Positions 10,610-23,689 of a stretch of 64,000 nucleotides of DNA are shown piece by piece. Each line of letters opens with the position of its first letter. Within the stretch, counting starts at the first letter, position 1. The notes beneath the pieces were generated by a model. It was not told where the DNA came from. It saw nothing but the letters and a program-made list of their open reading frames with translations, and did not search any database. A program made the position numbers and the translations under genes. Source of the DNA: Chiloscyllium plagiosum (lineage: Eukaryota); assembly GCF_004010195.1 (NCBI RefSeq), contig NC_057718.1:96433765-96497764 (forward strand), given 5' to 3'.

Positions 10610-11100
10610 AAATCTTCCGATCCCTTATCTTTTGACTAATCTCTCCTCATGGACCTTATCAAAAGCCTTCTAAAAATTCAAGTATACTACCTTCATGGAC
10701 TTCCCTTCAGCAATTTTATTTGTAATCTCTTCAAAACACTCCACTGAGTTCATCAAACAATTTCCCATCTGCAGATCCATGCTGACTATGCCCAGTCAGA
10801 TCATTATTAGCTAAGTGTCTGTTTATAGCATTTTCCTCCCACTGACTTAAGGTTAACAGATCTGTCATTGCCTATATTCTCTCTTGTTCCCCTCTTAAAT
10901 ATTGTGTTACGTTTGTTGGCTATCAGGAATCATATCAGAATCTATAGAATGTTGAAAATAATCATGAATACTTCAGCTATCTCTGTAGGCACCTCCTCCA
11001 ACACGCTGGGTTGTTGAATATTAGTTTCTGGAGGATTATCAATTTTCAGTCCCATGAACATCTCCGATAAAACCTTGTTATTAATACTAATTCCCTTCTA
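10610..11100 (-). mobile_element. old CR1-like RT fragment
   Basis: CCTTATCAAAAGCCTTCT (KAFDK on minus), CCATGCTGACT (SQHG on minus). Confidence 0.6.
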
Positions 11101-11344
11101 AAAGGTTATTTTGTCCTTTTTTTTTGAAGTGTGAATTTGCTACCTTCGGGAGTGGACTTTGCCTTCAGGAATGGACTCTGCCTTTGGGAATGGACTCTGC
11201 CTTCAGCATAAGTTGTTCAATCTGTATTGTGTTTTGTGTCTGCCCTGGGTCTAGGCTTTACTGGGAGCCTGACAGTGAGAAGATTGTTCCAAAAGCCGGA
11301 AGATCTGTAGGTCATCCCTAGGGAAGCCGCAGTTTATTCGATAT

Positions 11345-12540
11345 TTGCTTAGCTTTCTTCACCACCCAATTTTCAAGGAAATATATACCTGAACCCTTAG
11401 GTCTTTATTTGATTACACTTCCCAGGGCAAAAGTGAGGAAGGTAAATGCTGGAGATTAGAGTCGAAAGTGTGGTGCTGGAAAAGCACATCCTCGGATGCT
11501 GCCTGACCTGCTGTGCTTTTCCAGTACCATAATCTTAACACTCCCCAAGACCCTACCATTTACAGTATAAGTCCTGCCTTCATTTGCCTTACCAAAATGC
11601 AACATCTCACATTTCTCTGAATTAAACTCCACCTGCCACTCCTCAGCCCATTGGCCCAGTCGATCAAGATCCCTTTTTGTACTCTGAGATAACTTTCTTC
11701 ACTGACTACTGTACTAGCAATAACTAACCATGCTTCCTATATTCTCAACCAAATCACCTCCCATAACTGACAAACAATATGGACCCAGCACTAATCCCTG
11801 CGGAACACTGCTCGCCACAGGCCTCCAGTTCAAGAAACAACCTTCACCACCGCCTTCTGTCTTCTGCCAACAAGCTAATTTTGCAATGAATTTGTAAGGT
11901 GTTCCTGGATCCCATGTGGTATAACTTTACTAACCAGCCTACGATGCAAACTGTGTCAAAGGCCTTACTGACGTCCATGTAGGCAACGTCAATCGCTCTG
12001 CCCTCATCTATCTTCTTGATCACATCCTCAAATGACTCAATCAAGTTTGTGAGATGCGAATTCCCTTGCACAAAGCCATGCTGACTATCCCTGATCAGTC
12101 CTTTCCTCTCCAAATACATGCAAATCCTGGGCGGCATGATGGCATAGTGGTTAGCACTGCTGCCCCACAGCGCCAGAGACCCGGGTTCACTTTCCACCTC
12201 AGGCAACTGGCTGTGTGGAGTTTGCACATTCTCCCCGTGTCTGCGTGGTTATCCTTCGGGTGCTGCGGTTTCCTCCCACAATCCAATGATGTGCAGGTTG
12301 GGTGAATTGGCCATACTAAATTACCCATAGTGTTAGGTGAAGGGGTAAATGTAGGGGAATGGGTCTGGGTGGGTTGCTCTTTGGAGGGCCGGTGTGGACT
12401 TGTTGGGCTGAAGGGCCTGTTTCCACACTGTAAGCAATCTAACCAAAAAAAAACTTAGCTACCATTATTGTCAGACTCACTGGTCTATAGGTCCCAGTTT
12501 CACCTTGGAGCCTTTCTTTAATAAAGACACAACATTGCTT
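11345..12540 (-). mobile_element. CR1 LINE fragment with nested PLE-derived insert (about 11428-11540) and HE1
   Basis: ORF 11844-12227: GLIRDSQHGFVQG..LTNLIESFE..AYMDVSKAFD. Confidence 0.8.
12129..12445 (+). mobile_element. HE1-type SINE, full length
   Basis: tRNA-like head TGGCATAGTGGTTAGCAC...GGGTTCAC, V-domain TGTGTGGAGTTTGCACATTCTCCCCGTG, CR1-like tail GAAGGGCCTGTTTCCACACTGTA. Confidence 0.92.
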
Positions 12541-13101
12541 CCTAACTCCCTGAAATCTGCTTTCAGGGCTTCATCTCTCTTCCTACCTGTCCTGCAGCTG
12601 TTCGATTACATTCCTGGCCCCACCCCTGACTATGTAAGCCCCTATCACTATCACCTTTCCATTCTTCAACCTTGCCCATCAGGCCCCCCCCACCGCACCC
12701 CCCCCCCCATTCTTCAACTTGCCCATCAGCCCCCCCCAATGACATCCCCCCGCCACCCCCTACCCCCCCAACCAGCATAGCTGTCATGACTGTGGCAAAA
12801 TAGACCTGGCTGCAATCCTATGAGTAACCATCGTCTTCACCAGTTTTGCAAAATGTTTTCCAATTCTCAAGCCGCATAGAACCAGATGGCTCTGGTACTT
12901 CCTGTCTGGTTTCCCTTGTCTGCCTGGCAATTTCCTATTCTGTTGCCACCCGCATGTTGCTAACATGTGATGTCAGCTCTACGTGCCTGTATGTGTTATC
13001 CATAGAGCCCTCTACCTCACAGATTCACAGTACAGACTCGAGCCACTGCCCATGTTCCAAAACCCAGCTCCAAAATGAGTTTGTGCAACTGGTGACACTT
13101 A

Positions 13102-15440
13102 AGAGTCATAGAGTCACAGAGATGTACAGCATGGAAACTGACCCTTCTGTGCCGACCAGATATCCTAAGCTAATCCAGTCCCATTTGACAGCATTTGGCT
13201 ATTATCGCTCCAAATCCTTTCTATGCATATACCCATCCAGATGCCTTTTAAAAATTGCAATTGTACCAACCTCCACCACTTCCTCTGGCAGCTCATTCCA
13301 TACACACACCATCCTCTGTGTGAAAGAATTGCCCCTTAGAACCCCTTAAAATCTTTCCCCCCTCATGTGAAATTTGTGCCCTTTAGTTCTGGACTCTACC
13401 AACCCTGGGGAAAGACTTTGCCTATTTTCCTTATCCATGCCCCTCATGATTTTATAAACCTCTATAAGATCACCCCTCAGCCTCCGACGCTCTGGGGAAA
13501 ACAGCCCCAGCCTATTTAGCCTCTCCCTGTACGTCAAACCATCCAACCCTGGCAACATCATTGTAAATCTTTTCTGAACCCTTTCAAGTTTCACAACATT
13601 CTTCCTACAGGAGGGACACCAGAATTGCATGGAATATTCCAAAAGTGGCCTAACCAATATCTGTACAGCTGCAAAATGACCTCCCAACTCCTATACTCAG
13701 TGCTCTGACCAATAAATGAAAGCATACCAAACACCTTCTTCACTATCCTATCAACCTGAGACTCCACTTTCAATGAACTATAAACCTGCACTCCAAGGTC
13801 TCTTTGTTCAGCAACACTCCCTAGGACCTTACCATTAAGTGTATAAGTCCTGCTAAGATTTGCTTTCCCAAAATTAAGTACCTCACATTTATCTAAATTA
13901 AACTCCTTCTGCCACTTCTCAGCCCGTTGGCCCATCTGATCAAGATCCTGTTGTACTCTGAGGTAACCCTCTTCGCTGTCCACTACACCTCCAATTTTGT
14001 TATCAGCTGCAAACCTACTAACTATGCCTCCGATGTTCACATCCAAATCATTTATATAAATGATGAGAACCAATGGGCCCAGCACCGTTATTTATGGCAC
14101 TCCACTGGTCACAAGACTAGTTCTCCCTGTATTCTATGAGCTCTAACCTTGCTCACCAGTCTCCCATGGGGAACTTTGTCAACTGCCTTATTGAAGTCCA
14201 TGTAGATCATATCCACTGCTCTGTCCTCATCAGTCCTCTTTGTTACTTCTTCAAAAATCTCAATCAAGTTTGTGAGACATGATTTCCCACGCACAAAGCC
14301 AAGATGACAATCCCTAATTAGTCCTTACCTTTCCAAATACATGTAAATCCTGTCCCTCAGGATTCCCTCCAACAACTTGCCCACCACTGATGTCAGGCTC
14401 ACTGGTCTAAAGTTCCCTGACTTGTCCTTACCACATTTCTTAAATAGTTGACAACGGGATCTTAATCAGATGGACCAATGGGCTGAGGAGTGTCAGATGG
14501 AGTTTAATTTAGATAAACGCAAGGAGCTGTATTTTGGGAAAGCAAATCTTAGCAGGACTTATACACTTAATGGTAAGATCCTAGGGAGTGTTGCTGTATA
14601 TAGAGACCTTGAAGTGCAGATTCATAGCTCCTTGAAAGTAGAGTCGCAGGTAGATAGGATAGTGAAGAAGGCGTTTGGTATGCTTTTCTTTATTGGTCAG
14701 AGTATTGGATACGGGAGTTTGGAGATCATGTTGCAGCTGTACAGGACATTGGTTAGACCACTGTTGGAATATTGCATGCAATTCTGGTCTCCTTCCTATC
14801 GGAAGGATTTTGTGAAATTTGAAAGAGTTCAGAAAAGATTTAAAAGGATGTTGCCAGGGTTGGAGGATTTGAGCTATGGGGAGAGACTATTCAGGCTGGG
14901 ACTGTTTTCCCTGGAGCGTCAGAGGCTGAGGGGTGACCTTATAGAGGTTTATAAAATCATGAGGGTCATGGATAGGATAAATAGACAAAGTCTTTTCCCT
15001 GGGGTGGGGGAGTCCAGAACTAGTGGGCATAGGTTTAGGGTGAGATGGGAAAGATATAAAGGAGACCTAAGGGGCAACTTTTTCACGCAGACGGTGGTAT
15101 GTGTATGGAATGAGCTGCCAGAGAAAATGGTGGAGGCTAGTACAATTACAGCATTTAAAAGGCTTCTGGATGGGTATATGAATCGGAACAGTTTGGAGGG
15201 ATATGAACTGGGTGTTGGTAGATGGGACTAGATTGGGTTGGGATATCCGGTCGGCATGGACTGGTTGGACTGTAGTGTCTGTTTCCGTGCTGTACATTTC
15301 TTTGACTCTATGACTGCATGGTACCATGTTAGCCAACCTCCAGTGTTCTGGCACCTCACCCTGTGACTATTGATGATACAAATATCTCAGCAACTATCCC
15401 AGCAATTACGTGCCTAACTTCCCCACAGATTCCTAGGGTT
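13102..15440 (-). mobile_element. CR1 LINE (host copy), interrupted at 14449-15317
   Basis: ORFs 13346-13687, 13591-14085, 14109-14294; sequence resumes at 15318 (GGTACCATGTTAGCCAACC) right after CTTAAATAGT at 14448. Confidence 0.92.
14450..15315 (+). mobile_element. CR1 LINE 3' fragment inserted antisense into the host CR1
   Basis: ORF 14470-15231 (QMEFN..K, RPLLEYCMQFWSP, LRGNFFTQTVV); GACTCTATGACT tail. Confidence 0.95.
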
Positions 15441-15504
15441 CCTGCAGATTTGCATATTTCTATTACATCTCAGATGCTGCGGGATGCAAACTCCACTTGG
15501 CCTA

Positions 15505-15600
15505 ATTCCTGATGAAGGGCTTATGCCTGAAATGTCAATTTCCCTCCTCCTCAGATGCTGCCTGACCTGTTGTGCTTTTCCAGTGCCACTCTCCACTCTG
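15505..15600 (+). mobile_element. PLE-derived family A element with hammerhead-like core
   Basis: CTGATGA-A-GGGC-TTAT-GCCT-GAAA-TG-TC at 15509-15536. Confidence 0.7.
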
Positions 15601-15711
15601 GCCTGCCATCTTGTAAATCGAAAAATTATTTGTGACCTTGCAATAAGTACAAACTTGCTTTAAAAACTTATGATAAACGTGAATTCAACTATGCTAACTT
15701 TATTTCATCGA

Positions 15712-15846
15712 TTCCCTACAGTATGGAAACAGGCCCTTCGGCCAACAAGTCCACAGCAGCCCTCCGAAGAATAACCCACCCTGACCCATTCCCCAACCCT
15801 ATTGCCATATGTTTACTCCTGACTAATGCACCTAACCTACACATCC
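15712..15846 (-). mobile_element. HE1 SINE 3' fragment
   Basis: TCCCTACAGTATGGAAACAGGCCCTTCGGCC tail (reverse). Confidence 0.8.
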
Positions 15847-17469
15847 TTTTGATTTAATCTATTGTTTCATTCTACATTGATTGACTTTACTTCCCTTTTG
15901 GTAATGGGCTAAGTCTTCCATACTATAATCCAAGTAACTGTGACTTCTTTACAAATGATATGGTTTTCTTTCAGTTTTAAGCCACTTAAACTTACCCTTA
16001 ACAGCAGCCAATACACTTACAGCTTATCATAATGTTACACTTGAACTTCTGTTCATACTAGCTGAGTAACACTGTCTCCACAAACTTGGGTGTTCCTACA
16101 CTCAGAAGGTGAATGAAGGCCCAAAGCCTCATCTTCTCTTTATCCATTGCCCCAGATGTGGGGTGTCCTGCCCAGAGCTGTCTACACCTGACGTTTCCTC
16201 CGAATCTTGTCCATTAACAACAACAAGAGCTACATCATCATCATCCTTCCGTCAATCTTGCCTCGCTTCCACCTAATTCCAAATAAATTCTGGGCTCCCA
16301 ATCCCATTTAGGTGAGGTAGAGGGAGTGGGAGGGTGAGGGGAGGAGGTGGGTTACGTGTCACTGGTTGAAAACAATCAGAATGAGGCCTATTCCTTGTGG
16401 GAGCCAATTGTTGCTCATTTGATCTCTGTCGCTACTCTCGCACTCACACTGCCTTCTTCCACCTCTGTCGTTCATCCCTGTTTCAGCTTCAAAGCTGCTG
16501 ATGGGTTTATTTACCTGTCCCAAAGAAGTTTGTTGCAATCTGGGCTCTCTCCCTCCGCGTCACCACATTCTTCTGAGTTGCCAAGCGAAAGAAAAAAAAC
16601 CCGCAAGTTCTGGTTTTAAAGTAGTACCAGCTGCTCTTCCCTTCAACTTTGAACAACAAACGACTGAGATTCCTGTCTGATGTTGGGGAACTTAAAACCA
16701 GCCCTCACAATGACAGGTCATGGAGTAACCGTGCATCAACCTCAGAATTGCTGACTGTCTATTATCCAAATAACATAGCAATTATTGTGCAGATTATCAT
16801 ATAACATGCACCGAAATCTCTTGCACCTGCATCAGTGAAAAAGCACAGTCTGTAATTTTCTCCAGGTACAAGATAATCTGATTAATTTACTTTTTTGTCA
16901 TTTCCACTCTCATTTCACCTCCTTAGCCTTTGGCAATCATACACTTCTCCTTTGGTGGGGTGTGCTCCACTAAGGCTAGTGGCAATGACAGTCATGTTCG
17001 TGCAAGGTGTCAACTTTAGATTTTTAACACAAACACATCCACACCTCTCCTGGGTTGTCAGGAGGTATAGTACGGGCCAATCAATTTCTTTTCACCCTGT
17101 GACTTAGCTAAGACAGCTGGCAGATGGAATAGGTATTGCTGTGGGTTTTAAGGATCAGTTCAGTGAGGTGCTCTTGAATAGCCCGTGTGATACAGCTACT
17201 GGACCAAGTAGTTTGTAATAAGATATTCTTGAATTTGCTTCTACCATTTTGGGCTATGCCTTATAACTCTTTCTAACTACACAAACTGTTCAATACATTG
17301 TCAAGCCTCACTAGGGCACCAAGTTGGAAATCAAACCTTGTTATTCCTGGAATCATGTCAGAAGCTAAAACATGTTATTCATCTACGTAAATTCACCTGC
17401 CGAGTAGACTCAAGCTAACAGGAAATGCATTTCGGGTTTCTGTACTTAACAAATACCACTGTTCATTCG

Positions 17470-18250
17470 CAATAAATACGATGTAGAAGCAGAAATAGGC
17501 CATTGGGTTCATCAAGAGCACTCCACCATTCAATTAGATCATGGCTGATAAGGCAATCCTCAACTTCACTTTCCTGTTTTTTTTCCTCATAACTCTTATT
17601 TCCTTGACTGATTAAAAATTTAACTTTCTCTGCCTTGAGTATACTTAACAATCCAACCTCTACAACCTTCTGCAGTCAATAATTCCATAGATTCACTCCC
17701 ATTGAAGAGAAAATAATTCTTCCTCATCTCTATCTTAAATGAGCAACTGAGATTATGCTCTCAGATCTTAAACTCTTTACAAAGTAAAATAACCTTTCCA
17801 TATCTATCCTGTCAACTCTCCTAAGAATCCTATAGGTTTCAATGAGGTCTCCTCTCATTTGTCTGAACTCCAATGAATACAAGTCCAATTCACTCAAACT
17901 CTCTTCATAACACAATCCCTCCATTTGGAATCAATCTAGTGAACTTTTTCTGGATGTGCCTCCAATGTCAGAATATTTTTCCTTAGACATGGGGACCTGG
18001 TATTCCAGGTTTAGTCTGACTTTGTGTCTTGGAAAGTTTTAGTAAGACCTCCCAATTTTAAATTCTTTGAAATAAAGGCTAATTTTCCAATTGCCTTACC
18101 TATTACCTGCTGAACTTGGATGCTAGCTATGCTGATTTTGTGTACCCCAGCTTCTCCGCTTCGGAAGCTTTCTGCAGTCTCTATCCATTTAAGTAATATT
18201 CAGCTGTTCTATTCTTCCTGCCAAAATGCATAACCTCACAGTTTCCCAAA
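17470..18250 (-). mobile_element. older CR1-group LINE 3' fragment
   Basis: ORF 17730-17924: GLCYEESLSELDLYSLEFRQMRGDLIETYRIL. Confidence 0.8.
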
Positions 18251-18653
18251 TCTATTACAATTTTGAACTGTTAACATACAATGCTACTAGTTCAAGTTCT
18301 ACCTACCTTTTACAGACCCATACACACACATACAGACAGACATAGGCAGGCAAAGAACATAAAATCGCTGTTATGAATGGAGAGCAAATAAAACTGCAGA
18401 AAGAGTTCAACAGCACCTGTCCTCAGGAGTCAATGGAGTGTTCAGTTAGATTCCCAAATTTTCAGTTCTGTGACCTTTTCATTCAAGTCTGCTATTTTGT
18501 TCATAAGAGGCACAGAGTGACTGGCTCACAAATTAAAAGGTCTCTGATTTATTGGTTAAAAACAATAGATTGCTGCAACTGAAAGGAGAAAATAATCTGG
18601 TTTTCTTCAGGCTTTCAACATTTTACTGAAGTGAGAGACACACACCATCTAAT

Positions 18654-18975
18654 GGGGTGGCACGGTAGCTCAGTGGCTAGCACTGCTACCTCACAGCACC
18701 AGGGTCCCAGGTTCGATTCCAGCCTCGGCCGACTCTCTGTGTGGAGTTTGCACACTCTCCCCGTGTCTGCGTGGGTTTCTTCCGGGTGCTCCGGTTTCCT
18801 CCCACACTTCAAAGATGTGCAGGTCAGGTGAATTGGCCATGCTAAATTGCCCATAGTGTTAGGCGCATTAGTCAGAGGGAAATGGGTCTGGGTGGGTTAC
18901 TCTTCAGAGGGTATGTGTGGACTTGTTGGGCTGAAGGGCCTGCTTCCACACTGTATGGGATCTGATCTAATCTAA
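18654..18975 (+). mobile_element. HE1-type SINE, full length
   Basis: A box TAGCTCAGTGG, B box GGTTCGATTCC, V-domain, CR1-like tail, (TCTAA)n. Confidence 0.93.
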
Positions 18976-19379
18976 TGTTTCAACTGTCCAAAAGCTTCTG
19001 CCAATATCGTTCACACCCACAAGCTGTTTAGCTACCCAAGAGTCAATCAGCTAGTAGTTGTCAGGCTGATGTCCTTTGGTATTCACAATGGCTGCAAATC
19101 CACAATCAATAACCTATTGTTGAGCAAATCCCACTTTGCAGTCCATTGGTGCAAGGCCAGCATCCTTCACTATCTAAACAAAGCAGCTGTGTAAACACAC
19201 CTTACAGTGAGTTTCATTGACTTGCTTTTTGGAAGTAAAGCAACTCCTTCATCAGTCTTTTGTTGCAAAGTGCACTTTTTCCGAATTCAAAATTAGAGCA
19301 AAATGAAAAGACATGAACTCTACAGCAATCATAATCTCATCCAGCGTTATTAAACAGTAACAAGCCCTGAGCAAGTATG

Positions 19380-19555
19380 AATGACCCTGACCTTGTTATT
19401 GCTCATTATTTCAATCTGTTAATGGCTCCCAATCTAACATGTCTGTTCGTGACTTACTGCCATGTCCCTACAACATTCCATGTCCCTACACGTTTGAAGA
19501 GCAACCCTTTATCATTCACATCCCATTCCGGACTCAATATTCTGTTCAATGGTCA
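19380..19555 (+). mobile_element. old Penelope GIY-YIG C-terminal remnant
   Basis: DPDLVIAHYFN ... EEQ ... SGLNILFN resembles PLE PVAxHFN...EQxxIxxLxTxxPxGLN. Confidence 0.55.
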
Positions 19556-19609
19556 TGACCTCTTCCTCCACCTCATCTCAATATCGTTCCAAGTATTTCT
19601 TGTTTTTTT

Positions 19610-20440
19610 TTATCATTTATTCGTTTTGTGGGATGTGGGTGCCCCTTGGTGGTGAGCTGCCATCTTGAACCGCTGCAGTCCACCTGCTGTGGATTGACCC
19701 ACAATGCCATTAGGAAGGGAATTCCAGGATTTTGACCCAGCAACAGTGAAGGAACAGAGATATGTTTCCAAGTCAGAATGGTGAGTGGCACAGTGGAAAA
19801 CTTGAAGGTGTTGGTGCTCCCATGTACCTGTTGCCCTTGTCCTTCTAGATGGAAGTGGTTGTGGGTTTGGAAGGTGCAGGCTGAGGATCTTTGGTGAGTT
19901 TCTGCAGTGGATCTTGTAGATAGTACACACTGCTGCTACTGAGTGTCAATGGTGCAAGGAGCGAATTCTTGTTGGTGTAGTGGCAATCAAGTGGGTTGCT
20001 TTGGCTTGGATGGCGCCAAGCTTCTTGAGTGTTGTTAAAGTTACACCCATCCTGGCAAGCAGGGATTATTCCATCACACTCCTGACCTGTGCCTTGCAGA
20101 TGATGGACAGGGTGTGGGGAATCATAAGGTGAGTTACTTGCTGCGGTGTTCTTTGTCTCTGACCCTCTCTTGTTGCCACTGTGTTTATGTGATGAGTCCA
20201 GCTGAGTTTCTGATGAATGATAGCTCCCAGGATATTGGCAGTGGGGGAATTCAGTGATGGTAATACCATTGAATGCCAAGGAATGGTGGTTAGATTGTCT
20301 GTTATTGGTAATGCTCATAGCCTGGCATTTGTGTGGCACGAATGTTACATTCCACTTGTCAGCACAAGCATGGATATTGTCCAGATCTTGTTGCATTTGA
20401 ACATGGACTGCTTTAGCATCTGAGGTGTCATGAATGTTGC
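19610..20440 (-). mobile_element. L2/CR1-group LINE 3' part
   Basis: MQQDLDNIHACADKWNVTFVPHKCQAM, LSWTHHINTVA, AQVRSVME, SKSWNSLP. Confidence 0.85.
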
Positions 20441-20444
20441 TGAA

Positions 20445-20685
20445 AAATGTACTTACCTAAATGTCTTTTAAATTTTGTAACTGTACCTGCATCCACCATT
20501 TCCTCTCGAAGTTCATTCCACACATGAGCCAAAGTCTGTGTTAAAAAAAGTTGCCTCTCATATCATTTTTAAATCTTTCTCCTCTCACCTTAAAAATATT
20601 TCCCCAAGTCTTGATATACCCCATTGTAGGGAAAAGACACCTGCCATTCACCTTCTGTACGCCCGTCATAATTTTATGAACCTTT
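20445..20685 (-). mobile_element. CR1 3' fragment
   Basis: GTTCATTCCACAC...AAAAAAGTTGCC...AAATCTTTCTCCTCTCACCTTAAA homologous to 655-740. Confidence 0.75.
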
Positions 20686-20821
20686 AGTGAGGGGGGCCCC
20701 CTGTCAAGGAGTTAGTGCTTGACATAATTAATTTCACAACGACTTCAGAGATGATGCACTGTGAGTATCTCTGTGCTCAACATCTAAAGCTGTCATGTAT
20801 TTCCAGTTCATGGATCCTTTT

Positions 20822-22570
20822 AAAAATTCATTCCTGGAATACGGATGTTGCTGACAAGGGCAGCATTTATTTGCCCATTCCTGGTTGCCTTGGAGACGGT
20901 GGTGTTGGTCTGCTTTCTTGAACTGATACAGCCCATGCAATGTGCGGAACACCCTGTTTGCTATTGGTAAGGGAATTCCCGGATTTTTACATAACCGCAC
21001 AGAAGGAACAATGGTATAGTTCCAATTCGGGGTCATGTGAGGCTTGGTGGAGTACGTAAAGGTGGTAGTGTTCCCCACACACTTGGTTCTTTAAGGCAGT
21101 AGAGGTTGTGAGTTCTGGAAGAGCTCTTGATGAGCTTCTGCTTGACGGTGCACACTGCTGCCTCTGAGTGTTAGTGGTGGAGGAAGGCAGTGGTGAAACC
21201 GGTGCATTGGATGGAGATCCAGCTGTGGCTTTGCCCTTGATCACATGGACCTTTTCAGGTGCTGTTGGAGTTGCACCCATCCACGTAAGTGGGGAGTATT
21301 TCATCACACTCCTGACTTGTGTCTTGTGGAAGGTGAGAAAGGCATTTGGGGTTACTCACCACAGAACCCCTAACCTCTGAGCTGCTCAAGTCTCCACATT
21401 ATCTATATGGCTCTTCAAGCTCAGCTTCTGATCAAAGACTACTCTCAGGATAATGACTATCAGGGCTTCAGCGATGGCAATGCCATTGAACATTAAGGGT
21501 TAATGATTTGATTCGCTTTTTTCAAAGATGGTCATTATCTTGCACATATGTTACTTGCCACTTTTCAACCCAAGCCTGAATATTGTCCAGGTCTTGCTGG
21601 ATTTGGACATGGACATGGACTGCTTTAGCATCAAAGGGATTAAAAATGGTACTGAACATCCGCGTATCTTCCCACTTCTGGCCTTACAATGGAGGGAAGG
21701 TTATTGATAAAGCAGTCGAAATGGTTAGGCCAAGGACACTACCCTGAGGAGCTCCGAGATATCCTGCAAGTTGAGATGATTGACTTCTAACCAACATGAC
21801 CATCTTCCTTTGTGCCAGCGGTCAGTTTTAGATTAGATTAGATTACTTTACAGTGTGGAAACAGGCCCTTTGGCCAAACAAGTTCACACCGACCCGCCGA
21901 AGCGCAACCCACCCTTACCCCTACATTTACCCCTTACCTAACACTAGGGACAATTTAGCACGGCCAATTCACCTGACCTGCACATCTTTGGACTGTGGGA
22001 GGAAACCGGAGCACCCGGAGGAAACCCACGCAGACACTGGGAGAATGTGCAAACTCCACACAGACTGTCACCTGAGGCGGGAATTCAACCCGGGTCTCTG
22101 GCGCAGTGCTAACCACTGTGCCACCGTGCCGCCCATTGACTCCAGCTTTGCTAGGTCTTCTTGATGCTACATTTGGTCAATGCAGCCTTGATACAAGGAG
22201 AGTCACTCTCACCTTACCTTTGAAAATCAGCCCTTTTATCTACGTTTGAACCATGCCTGTATCAAGGGCAGGAGCTGAGTGTCCCTGGAGGGGTCCAAAC
22301 TGAATGTCAGTGAACAGTTTAATTCCTTGCAGGTGTTACTTCATAGCAACGGTTGATGGCCACTTCCAACTGATGAGTGACAGTAGACTGAGGGGATGGT
22401 ATTTGGCTTGGTTGGATTTGTCCTGCTCTTTGTGAACAGGGCATATCTGGGCAATTTTCTACCTTATTTGGAAATTCAAGTATTGCAGTTGTACTGGAGC
22501 AGTTTGACGAGGAATGCTGCATGTTCTGGAATACAAGTCTTTGGTACAACTGCCAGAATGTTGTCAGGCT
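20822..22570 (-). mobile_element. L2/CR1-group LINE, degraded, interrupted by HE1
   Basis: MKYSPLTWMGATPT; same tail as 19610 and 41812; N-terminal RT similarity near 22400-22500. Confidence 0.8.
21829..22134 (-). mobile_element. HE1-type SINE, young
   Basis: Near-intact head with CpGs retained; (TAGAT)n tail. Confidence 0.93.
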
Positions 22571-22574
22571 TCCT

Positions 22575-23075
22575 GACTTAATTACTCTCCCAGGCAATGC
22601 ATTCCAGACACCCACCATCCTCTGGGTAAAAACGTTTTTCCTCAAATATCATCTAAACCATCTGCCTTTCACTTTAAAATTATGTTCTCTTGTTATTGAC
22701 CCTCTGACTAAGGAGGAACAATGTTTTCTATCCACTCTGTCCACACCCCTCATAACCTTACACACTTCTATCAGGTTCCCCCTCAACCTTGTCTGCACCG
22801 AGCTTATCCAGCCCCTCTTCACAGTCAAAGTGCTCCAGCCCAGGCAACATCCTGGTGTCTATCCCTACACCCCTTTCAGTGCAATCACACCCTTCCTGTG
22901 GCATAGGGACCAGAACTGGACACAGTATTCTAGCTGTGGCCGAACCAACATGATATACAGCTCCATCTTGCTCTTATAATCTGTGTCAATACTGACAATC
23001 CCAGATGCTTACTGATTCAACCTTTTAACCTGCTCCACTACCATCAGGGATCTGTGGACAAGCACTCCAAGATAC
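22575..23075 (-). mobile_element. old CR1 fragment
   Basis: RKNVFTQRMVGVWNALPG; EYCVQFW-like at 22905-22930. Confidence 0.75.
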
Positions 23076-23079
23076 CTCT

Positions 23080-23510
23080 TTTTCACAGGATGAAAGGGTT
23101 GCTGTCTAGGCCAGTAGTTATTACCTATCCCCGAGTGCAGCTTAAAGCCAACCACATTGCTGTTGGTCTGGAGTCACATGTAGGCTAGACTAGTAAGGAT
23201 GGCAATTTTCTTCCTTAAAGGATATTAGTGAATCAGATGGGTTTTCCCAACAATCAACAGTGGTCACCATTCAACTCTTAATTCCAGGGTTCATTTTTTT
23301 GAATTTAAGGTACATCTCTTTTCTTTGAGATTTGGCATTCTTGTGATTCTATCCTGACGACTTCATTCATCAGCAATATACCACGGCTGAAGTGTGGTAC
23401 ATATGACACAAATCAAACCCAGCCATGGTGGGATTCGAACCCCAGTGGATTACTTGGGTCTCTGGATTAATAAAATCTAGTGATAATGCCACTAGGCCAT
23501 TGCTACCTCC
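23080..23510 (-). mobile_element. SINE family 2
   Basis: CCACATTGCTGTTGGTCTGGAGTCACATGTAGGC; GGATTCGAACCC. Confidence 0.75.
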
Positions 23511-23689
23511 GATTGTTTGGGCTTCCTAATAGCGCACTCTTCGTTGAGCACTTCAAGATGCTATTTAAATTGAATTTGAGTTTCACATCTGCCATGCCAT
23601 CATATAATGTCTCAGAATATTAGGCTGGCATTATGGATGACTAGTCCAATGACATTACCACTGAACCACTGCCTCCCCAACTTGTAATT

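Noticed and set aside
11150..11207. Three ~19-bp GGAATGGACTCTGCCTT repeats
   Set aside because: Simple tandem repeat without spacers.
12680..12772. C-tract cluster (G-quadruplex potential on minus)
   Set aside because: Low-complexity expansion in decayed repeat-like DNA; no evidence of function.
18654..18730. tRNA genes at A/B-box motifs (this and about 20 similar sites)
   Set aside because: Each continues into the HE1 V-domain and LINE-like tail, so they are SINE heads.
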